Assembly (NCBI GenBank): GCA_963674755.2
Contig: CAXXVS010000003.1
Span: forward strand, 2,080,001 to 2,144,000
DNA length: 64,000 nucleotides
Reading direction: 5' to 3'
Origin: Desulfobacterales bacterium
GTDB lineage: Bacteria; Desulfobacterota; Desulfobacteria; Desulfobacterales; UBA5852
The position numbers and the translations under genes are program-made. The notes under the pieces were generated by a model. It was not told where the DNA came from, did not search any database, and saw only the letters and a list, made by a program, of their open reading frames with translations. Position 1 is the stretch's first letter. The number at the start of each line of letters is the position of its first letter. Shown in pieces: positions 18,728-28,486 of the stretch.

Positions 18728-19573
18728 TTGTCGAGACCGCCTGCCATGCGCTTACGGGACCAGCTGGAACAATGGTTGCTCAAACGAGCCGATCAGTGGG
18801 TTGACCGCCGGCCGCAACGGCCTGTCCGCCCGCCGCGCCTGGCCCGGGCCCGCCTCGTGGCCCACCGGGGCGCCTACGACAACCAGCAGGTTTTCGAGAA
18901 CACCCTCCCGGCCTTCGAACGGTTCCGGCGGGCGGGGGGCTGGGGGATCGAACTGGATGTGCGCTGGACACGCGACGGGGTGCCCGTCATCTCCCACGAT
19001 CCGGACGGCCGGCGGTTGTTCGGTGTCGATCACCCCATTGCCGACATGGATTTGGCAACCCTGCGGCAGCGTCTTCCCCTGGTACCGCCCCTGGCCGACA
19101 TCGTGACCCGTTTCGGCGGGCGGCTGCACCTGATGGTGGAAATCAAGTGTCTGCCGCCCAGGGATCGGCGCTCCTCGGCCGCCCTTCTCCAGCGTCATTT
19201 CGACGGACTCACCCCATCCCGGGACTATCATTTTCTCAGCCTGGATCATCGTCTATTGCAGCAGCTTGCGTTCACCCCCAGGGAGGCCTGCATCCCGATC
19301 GCCCGCGTCAATTCCGGGAAGGTCAGACGCATGGCCGAAATTTATGGCTGGGGAGGGGTTGCCGGCCACTATGCTCTGATCCGGCGGCGGCAGGTGGCGG
19401 CTCTCCATCGCCGTGGTTTTCGGGTCGGCACCGGATTCGTCAATTCCGCCAACAGTCTCCACCGTGAACTCAATCGGGGCGTGGACTGGCTGTTTTCCGA
19501 CCGGCCGCTGGGGCTGCAGCGCATGGTATCGTCTTCTATGCCGGGGCAAGCAGGTGCCGGTCCGGAACGATAG
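18728..19573 (+). CDS. Glycerophosphodiester phosphodiesterase family protein
   Basis: VAHRGA, ENTLPAF, IELDVRWTRDGVPVISHD, MVEIK, GVDWLFSDRP. Confidence 0.88.
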   Translation: MSRPPAMRLRDQLEQWLLKRADQWVDRRPQRPVRPPRLARARLVAHRGAYDNQQVFENTLPAFERFRRAGGWGIELDVRWTRDGVPVISHDPDGRRLFGVDHPIADMDLATLRQRLPLVPPLADIVTRFGGRLHLMVEIKCLPPRDRRSSAALLQRHFDGLTPSRDYHFLSLDHRLLQQLAFTPREACIPIARVNSGKVRRMAEIYGWGGVAGHYALIRRRQVAALHRRGFRVGTGFVNSANSLHRELNRGVDWLFSDRPLGLQRMVSSSMPGQAGAGPER

Positions 19574-19610
19574 GGTGTGTTGATTCACCGGGGTGCTCCC
19601 GCCGGAGCCT

Positions 19611-20927
19611 TTATCCGTGGGGAGGGGCGGGCCTGACCCGATAGAGGAGGATGGCCCCGATTACAAAGAGCACCATGACCGAAGCGATGCTGGTGCGGGT
19701 GGCCAGATCCGCCACCCAGGGCAAGGCTTCCGGGGAGGGGGCATAATGCCGTAAAATGCGCCGGGCGACCAGCCCCACCGTTCCCATCAGGGCCGGACCG
19801 ATGATGACCGCAAATTTCCCCAGCATGTTGTAGAGTCCGAAATACTCCGCCGAACGGCCTTCGGGGATCAGGCGGGCGTAGTAGGAGCGGCTCAACGCCT
19901 GGATACCGCCCTGGACCAGACCCACCGCCAGAGCAAGGCCAAAAAATTCCCAGCGATGGTGCATGCAAGCGCCCCATAGGGTGATCAGCATATAAAGGCC
20001 CAGGGCCAGGAAAAGGCTTTGCCGGGTACCCCAGCGCTGACCGAGACGACCGAAAAGCAGGGCGGCCGGAAACCCCACGAACTGGACGAGGAGCAGGGCG
20101 GTAATCAGGTCGGTAGCGGCGAAACCCAGCGACAAGCCGTAGTCCACCGCCATGCGAATGATGGTGTCGACACCGTCGATATAGAACCAGTAGGCCAGGA
20201 GGAAGAGAAACAGCGGTTTGCGGTTGCGGGCCTGCCGCAGGGTGGTGATGAGTTGGCGCCAGGCCCGTCGAAGGGTGTTCCCCCCGGAGGCTGTAGGATT
20301 GACCGGTGGTTCGGGAACCCAGTGAAAGGTGACCAGGCTGAATCCGCCCCACCAAACCGCCACGGTCAGAAAAGACCACTGGACGGCCGCCCCGCTGTCG
20401 GCCAGACCGAACCAGTGGGGCTTCAGCGTCATGAGGACGTTGACCAGCAAAAGCAGACCCCCGCCGAGATAGCCGGTGGCATAGCCCAGGGCCGAAACCC
20501 GGTCCAGATCCTGGCGGCCGGCCACGCACGGCAGCAGCGCATCGTAAAAGATAAGGGCCCCGGAAAAACCGATCAGGCTTGCACCGTAACACAGGAGGGC
20601 GCCCAGCCAGCGGCCCTGGGGCCAAAAGAAGAGAGTAGCCGTGGCCGTTACGCCCAAAAAGGTGAAAACGGCCAAAAACCGTTTGCGCAACCCGCCCCGG
20701 TCGGCGATGGCGCCCAATACCGGGGCCCAGGCCGCTACCAGGAGGCCGGCCAGGGCATTGCCGAAGCCCAGGCGGGCGGTGCTGATATTGACATCGACGC
20801 CGATACTCCAGAATTGTTTGAAGAATACCGGGAAAAAGCCGGCCATGACCGTGGTGGCGAAGGCGGAGTTGGCCCAGTCGTAGAGGGCCCAGCCCCAGAC
20901 GGCTCGACGATGTGGATCGGGCGGCAT
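19611..20927 (-). CDS. MFS transporter (UMF1/ATG22-like)
   Basis: WGWALYDWANSAF, LGAIADRGG, QALSRSYYARLIP, EYFGLY, many hydrophobic helices. Confidence 0.88.
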   Translation of the reverse strand: MPPDPHRRAVWGWALYDWANSAFATTVMAGFFPVFFKQFWSIGVDVNISTARLGFGNALAGLLVAAWAPVLGAIADRGGLRKRFLAVFTFLGVTATATLFFWPQGRWLGALLCYGASLIGFSGALIFYDALLPCVAGRQDLDRVSALGYATGYLGGGLLLLVNVLMTLKPHWFGLADSGAAVQWSFLTVAVWWGGFSLVTFHWVPEPPVNPTASGGNTLRRAWRQLITTLRQARNRKPLFLFLLAYWFYIDGVDTIIRMAVDYGLSLGFAATDLITALLLVQFVGFPAALLFGRLGQRWGTRQSLFLALGLYMLITLWGACMHHRWEFFGLALAVGLVQGGIQALSRSYYARLIPEGRSAEYFGLYNMLGKFAVIIGPALMGTVGLVARRILRHYAPSPEALPWVADLATRTSIASVMVLFVIGAILLYRVRPAPPHG

Positions 20928-21212
20928 GTCGATAGATTCCTGGTGGTTGCTGCGGCAATTGCCCGTGCCCTCAGTGGGTGTTTCCTTTGCAAAAAGGGGG
21001 GGGCGGGCTAGCACCTGTCGTTAGGTAAAGGCGGGAGCCGGCCATCGGTGCCATATCCTTCCCCCGTCGAGGGCGGTGCGGCGCCGGCTTCCCCTATCTG
21101 TGCTGGGAAAGGCATAGGACCGATCCGACGGTGTTGTCAACCACCCTTGCCAGTTGCTTTTCTATGGACACAGGGGTAGGCTGCCGATTTCATGACGTCT
21201 TGACAGACCCCA

Positions 21213-23561
21213 ATGGGCCATGGGGATAGCCCAAAAATTGCTATGAAGATGTTGCTATCACGATATCGCCCTGTTTGGCTGGGCGTCCTGGCCGTTGCCT
21301 GTGCCGCCGTGATCTCCTTGAGCCTTTACAGCCTGTACCTCTACCATCAGGTGGAGACGCGGTTTTCCGGCCGCCGCTGGAGTATTCCGTCGCAGATTTT
21401 CTCCGACGTCACGCTCCTCTATCCCGGACTGCGCGTCAACCGCTCTCTTTTTGAAGCTAAACTGCTGCGCCTGGGCTACCGTCCTGTCAATAAAACACCC
21501 CAAAGGGAGGGGGAGATGCGGGTTAGACCCGGCGCCATCGAACTCTTCCTCCATCATCTGAATTTGCCGGAAGACGACCGAGAGGGGTATGGGGTACGCC
21601 TGAAATTCGAGCGTCAGACCCTGACTGCCCTGGAGCGCATGTCCCCCGGTCCGCCCCTGTCGTTGGTCACCCTGGAGCCCGAGTCCCTGGGGCTTTTTTT
21701 CGGACCCGAACGGGAGCAGCGGGAGCTGATCGCCATCGACCAGCTCCCCCGGCATGTCATCGATGCCGTCCTGGCCGCCGAGGACAGCCGTTTTTACGAC
21801 CATATCGGTCTGGACTGGCGGGGCATCGTGCGGGCGTTGGTGGCCAATATGCGTTTCGGCGGGATCCGCCAGGGGGGCTCCACCATCACCCAGCAGCTGG
21901 CCAAGAATTTCTTCCTTACCCCGGAACGGACCCTGACGCGCAAGTTAAAGGAAATGATGCTGGCCCTGGTCATCGAGGCCCGCTACGACAAGGCCACGAT
22001 TCTCGAAATCTATCTCAACGAAATCTACTTCGGGCAAAACGGTTCGGTGTCGGTCAACGGCATCGGCGAAGCGAGCCGGTTCTATTTCGACAAGCCCGCC
22101 CGGGAGCTGACCGTCGGCGAAGCCGCCACCCTGGCCGGTCTGATCAAAAGCCCCAACACCTACTCGCCATATATCGATCCCGCGCGCTGTCGTGCGCGGC
22201 GCGACACGGTCCTGGCCGCCATGCAACAGCACGGCTGGATTTCCGCAGCGGACGAGGCGGCGGCCCTCCAGACGCCCGTGCAGACGGCCGGTACCAGCGT
22301 CCGCCACAGCGCCCCGGCCTACTTTATCGACTATCTTTCGGGCCAGCTTGCCGAACTCTACGCCCCTGAAGACTTGGCCTCCCTGGGGCTTTCCATCTAC
22401 ACCACCATCGATACCCAGGTGCAGCAGGCCGCTGAAACCGCTCTGGCCAAAGGCCTGGCCCGCCTTGAGAAAACCCTGCCGGCCGGCGGGAAACCGTCAT
22501 CCGCCGAGCCCCTGCAGGGCGCCATTGTGGTGCTGAAGCCCCAGACCGGCGCCGTCCTGGCCATGGTCGGGGGGCGGGACTACGGCCTGAGCCAGTTCAA
22601 CCGGATCACCCAGGCTCGGCGTCAGGCCGGCAGCACTTTCAAGGTGTTTACCTATTTGGCAGCCCTGGAGGACAACTTCACGCCGATATCCGCCCTTTCC
22701 AATGAACCCCGCACCTATAGGGTGGACGGCAAACCCTGGCAGCCGCGCAATGCGGGTGTGCTGGACACCCCGGTGATCAGCCTGCGGGAAGCCCTGGCAC
22801 GATCGGTCAATCGCGCCACCGTGGATCTGGCCATGCGCGTCGGTCTGGATGCGGTGGTGCGCACGGCCCGGCAGTTCGACTTCTCCACCCCGCTGAAATC
22901 CTATCCTTCCCTGGCGCTGGGGGCGGTGGATGTCATTCCCCTCGAGCTGGCCCGGGCCTACTGCGTCTTTCCGGCCGCGGGTCTTCTCCCCAATCCCATC
23001 GGCTTGCGGGATGTCTTTGACGACCACCAGCAGCCCCTCACCCGGCGGCACATGACGGTCCAGCGTGTGGTTTCCCCGGCTCAGGCCTTCCTGATGACCT
23101 CGCTCTTGCGCAGCGTGGTCACCCAGGGCACGGCCCGAAGCCTGGCGGACTGGGGCGTCCGCTTCCCGGTGGCCGGCAAGACCGGCACCACGAACGATTC
23201 GCGGGACGCCTGGTTTGTGGGGTATACACCGGACATCCTCATCCTGGTATGGGTGGGCTACGACAATGGGGCCTCCATTCACGCCTCGGGGGCCGGGGCT
23301 GCGCTGCCCATCTGGGCGGAGCTGGCGCGTGCCATCCCCCATCAGATTACCGGCGCCGATTTCAGTACCCCGCCCGGGGTCGAAGCGGTCACCATCTGCG
23401 CCCGGGACGGCTTTGCCGCCCTGAACGGGGGCTGCGGAGAAACCATGACGGAATGGTTCCTGGAAGGACAGGTGCCCGAAGCCGTGGCGCGCCTGAAGCC
23501 GCCGGATTCCGTTTTCCAGAGACTGATGCAGACCATCAAGGGGGCCGTCAATGAGCGCTGA
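21213..23561 (+). CDS. mrcB: Penicillin-binding protein 1B (bifunctional transglycosylase/transpeptidase)
   Basis: N-terminal TM, UB2H-like region, EDSRFYDH, QGGSTITQQLAKN, RKLKE, GSTFK, SVN, KTGT. Confidence 0.9.
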   Translation: MGHGDSPKIAMKMLLSRYRPVWLGVLAVACAAVISLSLYSLYLYHQVETRFSGRRWSIPSQIFSDVTLLYPGLRVNRSLFEAKLLRLGYRPVNKTPQREGEMRVRPGAIELFLHHLNLPEDDREGYGVRLKFERQTLTALERMSPGPPLSLVTLEPESLGLFFGPEREQRELIAIDQLPRHVIDAVLAAEDSRFYDHIGLDWRGIVRALVANMRFGGIRQGGSTITQQLAKNFFLTPERTLTRKLKEMMLALVIEARYDKATILEIYLNEIYFGQNGSVSVNGIGEASRFYFDKPARELTVGEAATLAGLIKSPNTYSPYIDPARCRARRDTVLAAMQQHGWISAADEAAALQTPVQTAGTSVRHSAPAYFIDYLSGQLAELYAPEDLASLGLSIYTTIDTQVQQAAETALAKGLARLEKTLPAGGKPSSAEPLQGAIVVLKPQTGAVLAMVGGRDYGLSQFNRITQARRQAGSTFKVFTYLAALEDNFTPISALSNEPRTYRVDGKPWQPRNAGVLDTPVISLREALARSVNRATVDLAMRVGLDAVVRTARQFDFSTPLKSYPSLALGAVDVIPLELARAYCVFPAAGLLPNPIGLRDVFDDHQQPLTRRHMTVQRVVSPAQAFLMTSLLRSVVTQGTARSLADWGVRFPVAGKTGTTNDSRDAWFVGYTPDILILVWVGYDNGASIHASGAGAALPIWAELARAIPHQITGADFSTPPGVEAVTICARDGFAALNGGCGETMTEWFLEGQVPEAVARLKPPDSVFQRLMQTIKGAVNER

Positions 23562-24015
23562 ATGGAAAACCTGGATTGTGGCGGCCGGGTTCCTGCTGTT
23601 GTTCGCCTGCCGGCCGGCCGTGATCGTCCCGCCGCCGGATACGGTACCGCCGACATCCCCCGAGCGGCCTGCGCCGCCCCCCCCCGTCCCATCGCCCGGT
23701 GCGGTCGAAAAGGAACTCAACAGCAGGGAACAGGTGGCCGCCGTCCTGACCGATCAGGGGCGCGGGCTGCTGAAGGCCGGCCGGGTGGATGGGGCCATCC
23801 GCGTTTTCGAACAGGCCGTGTCCCAATCCCCGCATTACGGGCCGGCCTATTTCTATCTGGCGGAGGCCTGGATGGCGAAGAACAACGGCCCCCAAGCCCG
23901 GGCCTTTCACGATCAGGCGATCCTCTATCTCCAGGGGCAAGCCGAGTGGGCTTCCCGTCTGGAGCGCCAGCAGATTGAAATCGATCGGCAGGTCTCCGGA
24001 CTTTCCCTTCCCTGA
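23551..24015 (+). CDS. TPR lipoprotein, candidate LpoP-like PBP1B activator
   Basis: Lipobox LFA-C, Pro-rich linker, TPR helices. Overlaps the mrcB stop. Confidence 0.7.
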   Translation: MSAEWKTWIVAAGFLLLFACRPAVIVPPPDTVPPTSPERPAPPPPVPSPGAVEKELNSREQVAAVLTDQGRGLLKAGRVDGAIRVFEQAVSQSPHYGPAYFYLAEAWMAKNNGPQARAFHDQAILYLQGQAEWASRLERQQIEIDRQVSGLSLP

Positions 24016-24097
24016 AAAGATGTTCCGGCCCTGAAAAGACGTTCCGGACAGCCTTTCGCCAGGGGCGGGATTCACCCGGGCGGCCATCAACCATAGA

Positions 24098-25600
24098 TCA
24101 CGCGGTATGGCCCCGGTCGGGATGCCAGTGCCGGATTTTGATGTGATCCGGAAAGGCGTGGGGCTTGTAGACGGATTTATTCAGCAGGACCCGCAGGCAG
24201 TCTTGAATGCCCTCGGACATGGTGGGGTGGGGGTGGACGGATTTCAGGGCATCGCGGATGCCCTTGTCCTGATCCATCAAAAAAGCGATGGACATGATGG
24301 TGTTGGAAGCCTGGGGGCCGGCCGCCCGCATGCCGATCACTTTCTGTTCGTCATCGTCGCTCACAATGATCTTAAGAAAGCCCTGGGTGGCCCGCATGGC
24401 GATGGCCCGGGGCAGCAGGGCGTTGCTGTAGTAGGCCACCCGGTAGGGGATCTTCTTCTGCTGGCAGGCCTTTTCGTTGAGGCCCACCGCGGCCACGGCC
24501 GGTTTGAAGAACATGACGGTGGACATGTTGCGGTAGTTGAGCGGCCACTGTTTGGCCCCGTACATATGTTTGACGGCGAAGCGGCCTTCCATTTCCGCCA
24601 GGTTGACCAGGGCCGGGCGATGGGTGACGTCGCCGGCGGTATAAATATGGTCGTTGACCTGGCAGTTGTCGTTCGAGCCCAGGTAGCCCTCGGCATCCAG
24701 TGCAATCCCGGCCTTTTCCAGCTGCAGGGAATTGAAATTGGGCTGGCGTCCGATGGAAATGAGGGCGGCATCCACTTCCAGGACCTGGGAATGGCCGTCG
24801 TCGTAGTCCAGAATCACCTGCAAATAGTCGTCAAAATGGCGGATGTCCCTCAAAATGACCGAATGCAGGATGTGGACCCCGTTGTTGGCGAGGTTGCGGC
24901 TGATGAAATCGCTGACATCGTCGTCCTCCGAGGGGATGATGCGCTCGGCGTAATCCACCAGATAGACCTGGGTCTGGCCGAAGTTGGAGAAGATGGTCGC
25001 ATATTCGCATCCGATGACCCCGGCCCCGACAATCACCAGCCGTTTGGGAAAGGCTTTGAGATTGAGAATCGAGTCGGAGTCCACCACCCGTTCACCGTCG
25101 GTCACGATACCGGGGAAGGCCCGGGGGCGGGAGCCGCTGGCGATGACGAAATAATCCGCCTGGATCTCTTCCCGCTTGCCGTCGGGATAGGTGATGGCCA
25201 CGGTGTGGTCGGAAACGAAAGCGGCCCAACCCCGTTTCAAGGTCAGCGATCCGGGGCCCTTCCAGCGCCGGGGGGAAAACGTTTCGATCTGGGAGAGCAT
25301 TTGGTATTGTTTTTCCCGCACGGCCTGCAACACGGAATCCCGCATGGCATGGTAGTCCATGGAAAGGCCGGAAGCCCGATAGCCGCGCAGGGTCTGGGCG
25401 GCAATGGAGAAGTCTTTGGCCAGCTCCCACATGGTTTTCGATGCCAGGGCACCCCACATGACGCCGGCTCCGCCGATTTCGCTGCCTTCGACGATGCAAA
25501 CATGCTTGCCCAGATCCAGGGCGCGCATGGCCGCGGCAAAGCCGCCCGGTCCGCAACCGATGACGCCTAGATCGTAGTGTTGTTGCTCGATATTGGCCAT
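24098..25600 (-). CDS. FAD-dependent pyridine nucleotide-disulfide oxidoreductase family (LpdA/SthA-like) lacking the redox cysteines
   Basis: VIGCGPGG, IASGSRP, IVGAGVIGCEYA, YTAGDV, HPTMSE. GGAGVMWGALASK replaces the GGxCxxxxCxPSK motif. Confidence 0.85.
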   Translation of the reverse strand: MANIEQQHYDLGVIGCGPGGFAAAMRALDLGKHVCIVEGSEIGGAGVMWGALASKTMWELAKDFSIAAQTLRGYRASGLSMDYHAMRDSVLQAVREKQYQMLSQIETFSPRRWKGPGSLTLKRGWAAFVSDHTVAITYPDGKREEIQADYFVIASGSRPRAFPGIVTDGERVVDSDSILNLKAFPKRLVIVGAGVIGCEYATIFSNFGQTQVYLVDYAERIIPSEDDDVSDFISRNLANNGVHILHSVILRDIRHFDDYLQVILDYDDGHSQVLEVDAALISIGRQPNFNSLQLEKAGIALDAEGYLGSNDNCQVNDHIYTAGDVTHRPALVNLAEMEGRFAVKHMYGAKQWPLNYRNMSTVMFFKPAVAAVGLNEKACQQKKIPYRVAYYSNALLPRAIAMRATQGFLKIIVSDDDEQKVIGMRAAGPQASNTIMSIAFLMDQDKGIRDALKSVHPHPTMSEGIQDCLRVLLNKSVYKPHAFPDHIKIRHWHPDRGHTA

Positions 25601-25789
25601 GGGTTTGATCCTTTGGAGAGATTCGGATATACGCCTAAGCACGTTAGGGGAAAAAAAGGCCAGCGTCAACCGGTAGAAAGCCCTTGACGATCAGGTGCCC
25701 GTCCGATGCCCGTCGGGGGCCTTTGCGCTCCGGCGGGTCAATCGAAATCAACCCGGGTGGGATGGCCCGCTTTCTTGTTTGAGGATTCT

Positions 25790-27082
25790 ATGCTGCGTCG
25801 TGCTGCCACTGTAGGGGCACCACCGCTTTTTCTGGTGGTCGCGACCCTCCTTTTGGTCCGCTACCATCCATTGCTGCTCCAATCCTGGTGGGGAGGCGAA
25901 CTGCCGGGCGCCTGGGGCGATGCCGCCCGGTATCTGCCCCTGCTGCTGGCGGCCGTGGGGGTGGTGGTCGGTCTGCGCATGGGCAGTTGCGGGATCATGC
26001 TGGTCATGCTGACGCTGGGAGCGGCCTTCGGGACGTCCGCGGCCGGTGTGATCAGCGGGTGGCCGGGTTGGGGAACAGTGGTGCGGCCACCGCTTGTTTT
26101 TCTGCTGATACCGGTCAACTTTATGATAGGCCTATGGACCCTCGGACATTCCTGGCGGACGCGCCGGGGGCTGACCGCCCTGGCCGGGGCCCTGGTCGTG
26201 TTTGCCGGTACGGCCTGGCCGGTGACGGCGGGACACATCCCGGCCGCGGCCTTTATCGGGCGTTTTACCGATGGCCTCCGTTTATGGCCGGCCGGGCCGA
26301 CGGCCGTGTTGCGGCTCTGGGGGGACACCCTGCCGGCCGCCCTCGTGGTGCTGGTGCTCGTCATTTATGCGCTGCGCCAACGTGATCCGGTCGCCGCCGC
26401 CATGGGGGCCAGCCTGGTCCTCCTGCTGCCACCGATGATCCGCGGCCTGGACGACCTCTCCCGGGTCATTGTTTATAGCGCGGCGGATTTGGTGGTCCTG
26501 GTGGGCGCTCTGGAGGCCATGTTCGCGCTGGCCTACCGTGACGGTCTCACGGGGCTTCCCGGAAGGCGTGCTCTGAACGATGCCCTCCGGCAGCTGGGAC
26601 GGCGCTATGCCATCGCCATGCTGGATGTGGATCATTTCAAGCGGTTCAATGACCGCTTCGGACACCGCACCGGGGATGAGGTGCTGAAGATGATGGCCGC
26701 CCGCCTGCAGCGTATCCCCGGCGGACGGGCCTACCGCTATGGCGGCGAAGAATTCGCCGTTATTTTTAGAGGACGGGCGGTCCGGCAGGCCGCCGACCGA
26801 CTGGAAGCTTTCCGGGAAGCGCTGGCCAACACACCGTTTGTGATCCGGCATCTGCCGCGCACCAACCGGAAGGCGCGCGGCGGTTCGACCGCCTGGACAC
26901 GTTCCCGGAAAGAAGTGCGGATTACGGCCAGCATCGGCTGGGCCGCACCGGCGGCGGCCCAGGGACGCCGGAAACCGGCGGCCGTGTTGGCCGCCGCCGA
27001 CAAAGCGCTTTACAGGGCCAAGCAAAGGGGCCGCAATCGCGTGGCGGCGGATACCATGGTAAAACGTGCCCGCGGAGTATAG
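25790..27082 (+). CDS. Membrane-bound diguanylate cyclase
   Basis: Multiple TM segments, then DGLTGLPGRR, DVDHFKRFNDRFGH, RYGGEEF, ADKALYRAKQRGRN. Confidence 0.9.
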   Translation: MLRRAATVGAPPLFLVVATLLLVRYHPLLLQSWWGGELPGAWGDAARYLPLLLAAVGVVVGLRMGSCGIMLVMLTLGAAFGTSAAGVISGWPGWGTVVRPPLVFLLIPVNFMIGLWTLGHSWRTRRGLTALAGALVVFAGTAWPVTAGHIPAAAFIGRFTDGLRLWPAGPTAVLRLWGDTLPAALVVLVLVIYALRQRDPVAAAMGASLVLLLPPMIRGLDDLSRVIVYSAADLVVLVGALEAMFALAYRDGLTGLPGRRALNDALRQLGRRYAIAMLDVDHFKRFNDRFGHRTGDEVLKMMAARLQRIPGGRAYRYGGEEFAVIFRGRAVRQAADRLEAFREALANTPFVIRHLPRTNRKARGGSTAWTRSRKEVRITASIGWAAPAAAQGRRKPAAVLAAADKALYRAKQRGRNRVAADTMVKRARGV

Positions 27083-27144
27083 TGGCTCCTGGCAGATACC
27101 CGGTATTCCGTTCATTCCCGAGTGACCCATGAAAGGTGGAAACG

Positions 27145-27660
27145 ATGATCATGACCTATGAGGGCAAGACCCCCCGGATCGGCAACAATGTGTTCATCGC
27201 GCCTACGGCTGCGGTTATCGGTGATGTGGAAATCGCCGACGGGGCCAGCATCTGGTATGGTGCCGTGATCCGCGGCGACCTGGACGCGATTCGCATCGGC
27301 GCGGACACCAATATCCAGGACAACTGCACCATCCACGTGGACGCGGGACGACCGGCCGTCATCGGGCAATCGGTGGTGGTGGGCCACAATGCCGTCGTGC
27401 ACGGGTGTACGATCGAGGACCAGTGCCTGATCGGCATCAATGCGGTGGTGTTAAACGGCGCCCATATCCGGGAGGGTTCCATCGTGGCGGCCGGTGCGGT
27501 GGTGCTGGAAGATCAGGTCGTGGGCCCGCTTGAACTGGCGGCCGGGATGCCGGCCCGCGTCCGCAAACAACTGCCGGCCGACATGCCGCACACGATTCGT
27601 CACGACGCCGAAATCTACCTCGATCTGGCTCGGCGGCATGGCCAATTGAACGCCAAATGA
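27145..27660 (+). CDS. Gamma carbonic anhydrase family protein
   Basis: FIAPTAAVIGDV, IWYGAVIRGD, NIQDNCTIH, GHNAVVHGC hexapeptide repeats. Confidence 0.92.
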   Translation: MIMTYEGKTPRIGNNVFIAPTAAVIGDVEIADGASIWYGAVIRGDLDAIRIGADTNIQDNCTIHVDAGRPAVIGQSVVVGHNAVVHGCTIEDQCLIGINAVVLNGAHIREGSIVAAGAVVLEDQVVGPLELAAGMPARVRKQLPADMPHTIRHDAEIYLDLARRHGQLNAK

Positions 27661-27880
27661 CGCCTGTGGTCGCGCTCCCTTCGCCAGGCAAGCCTTGCGT
27701 CACAGGGCCCGGCATCGTTTCCGCATCGGCCGTGGAAGACGACGGCCACCGGGACAAGCCGTTTCTTGCACTTTTCTCCTTTTAGCCTATACTTGACAGA
27801 CTTCCGTACCGGGATGCCGCCGCAGGGCGGCGACCCGAGGGGTCGAGCGGGCCGGATGCGGATCGCAGGGAAAACCGAGA

Positions 27881-28369
27881 ATGGATATTTTATTTGTGTG
27901 TACCGGAAACATTTGCCGCAGCCCGATGGCCGCCGGTCTGCTCCACCATATGCTGCCGCCGGAAAGACAGGGGGCCGTCCATGTGCATTCGGCCGGTACG
28001 TACGGTCTGGATGGAGAGCCGGCCGCTCCCTTTGCCGTGCAGGCGGCTGCCGCGTTGGGAGTCGACATCAGCCGTCATCGGGCCCGCTCCCTGGACCCTG
28101 AAATGGTCCGGCAGGCGGATTGTATTCTCGTAATGGAACCGTTTCATCGCGATATCGTCATCCGTGCCCTGCCCGGGGAGGCTCATCACCGGGTGCGGCT
28201 GCTGGCAGGTTTCGAAAGGCCGCCTCGTTCGGATACCATTGATGACCCCTACAGCAAACCCCTGGAAGCCTATCAGGTTTGCCTGGCGAGAATGCACCGT
28301 TGTCTGGACAACGTTGTCCCCTATTTGTTTCAGCCGTGCGACGGACGGGGGGGCAATGCACTTTTATAG
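27881..28369 (+). CDS. Low molecular weight protein-tyrosine/arginine phosphatase
   Basis: ILFVCTGNICRSPMA P-loop, SAGT, IDDPY. Confidence 0.92.
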   Translation: MDILFVCTGNICRSPMAAGLLHHMLPPERQGAVHVHSAGTYGLDGEPAAPFAVQAAAALGVDISRHRARSLDPEMVRQADCILVMEPFHRDIVIRALPGEAHHRVRLLAGFERPPRSDTIDDPYSKPLEAYQVCLARMHRCLDNVVPYLFQPCDGRGGNALL

Positions 28370-28486
28370 AGGGCCGGCGTTAAGCGGGCTGTGGCCCAAC
28401 CCGGTGCTGGCAGGGCTTGTCGGGTCCCACAGCCCTTTCACGCGACGGGGTGCCAACGACACCTTGGCCGTCGAGGATGAGCATCC

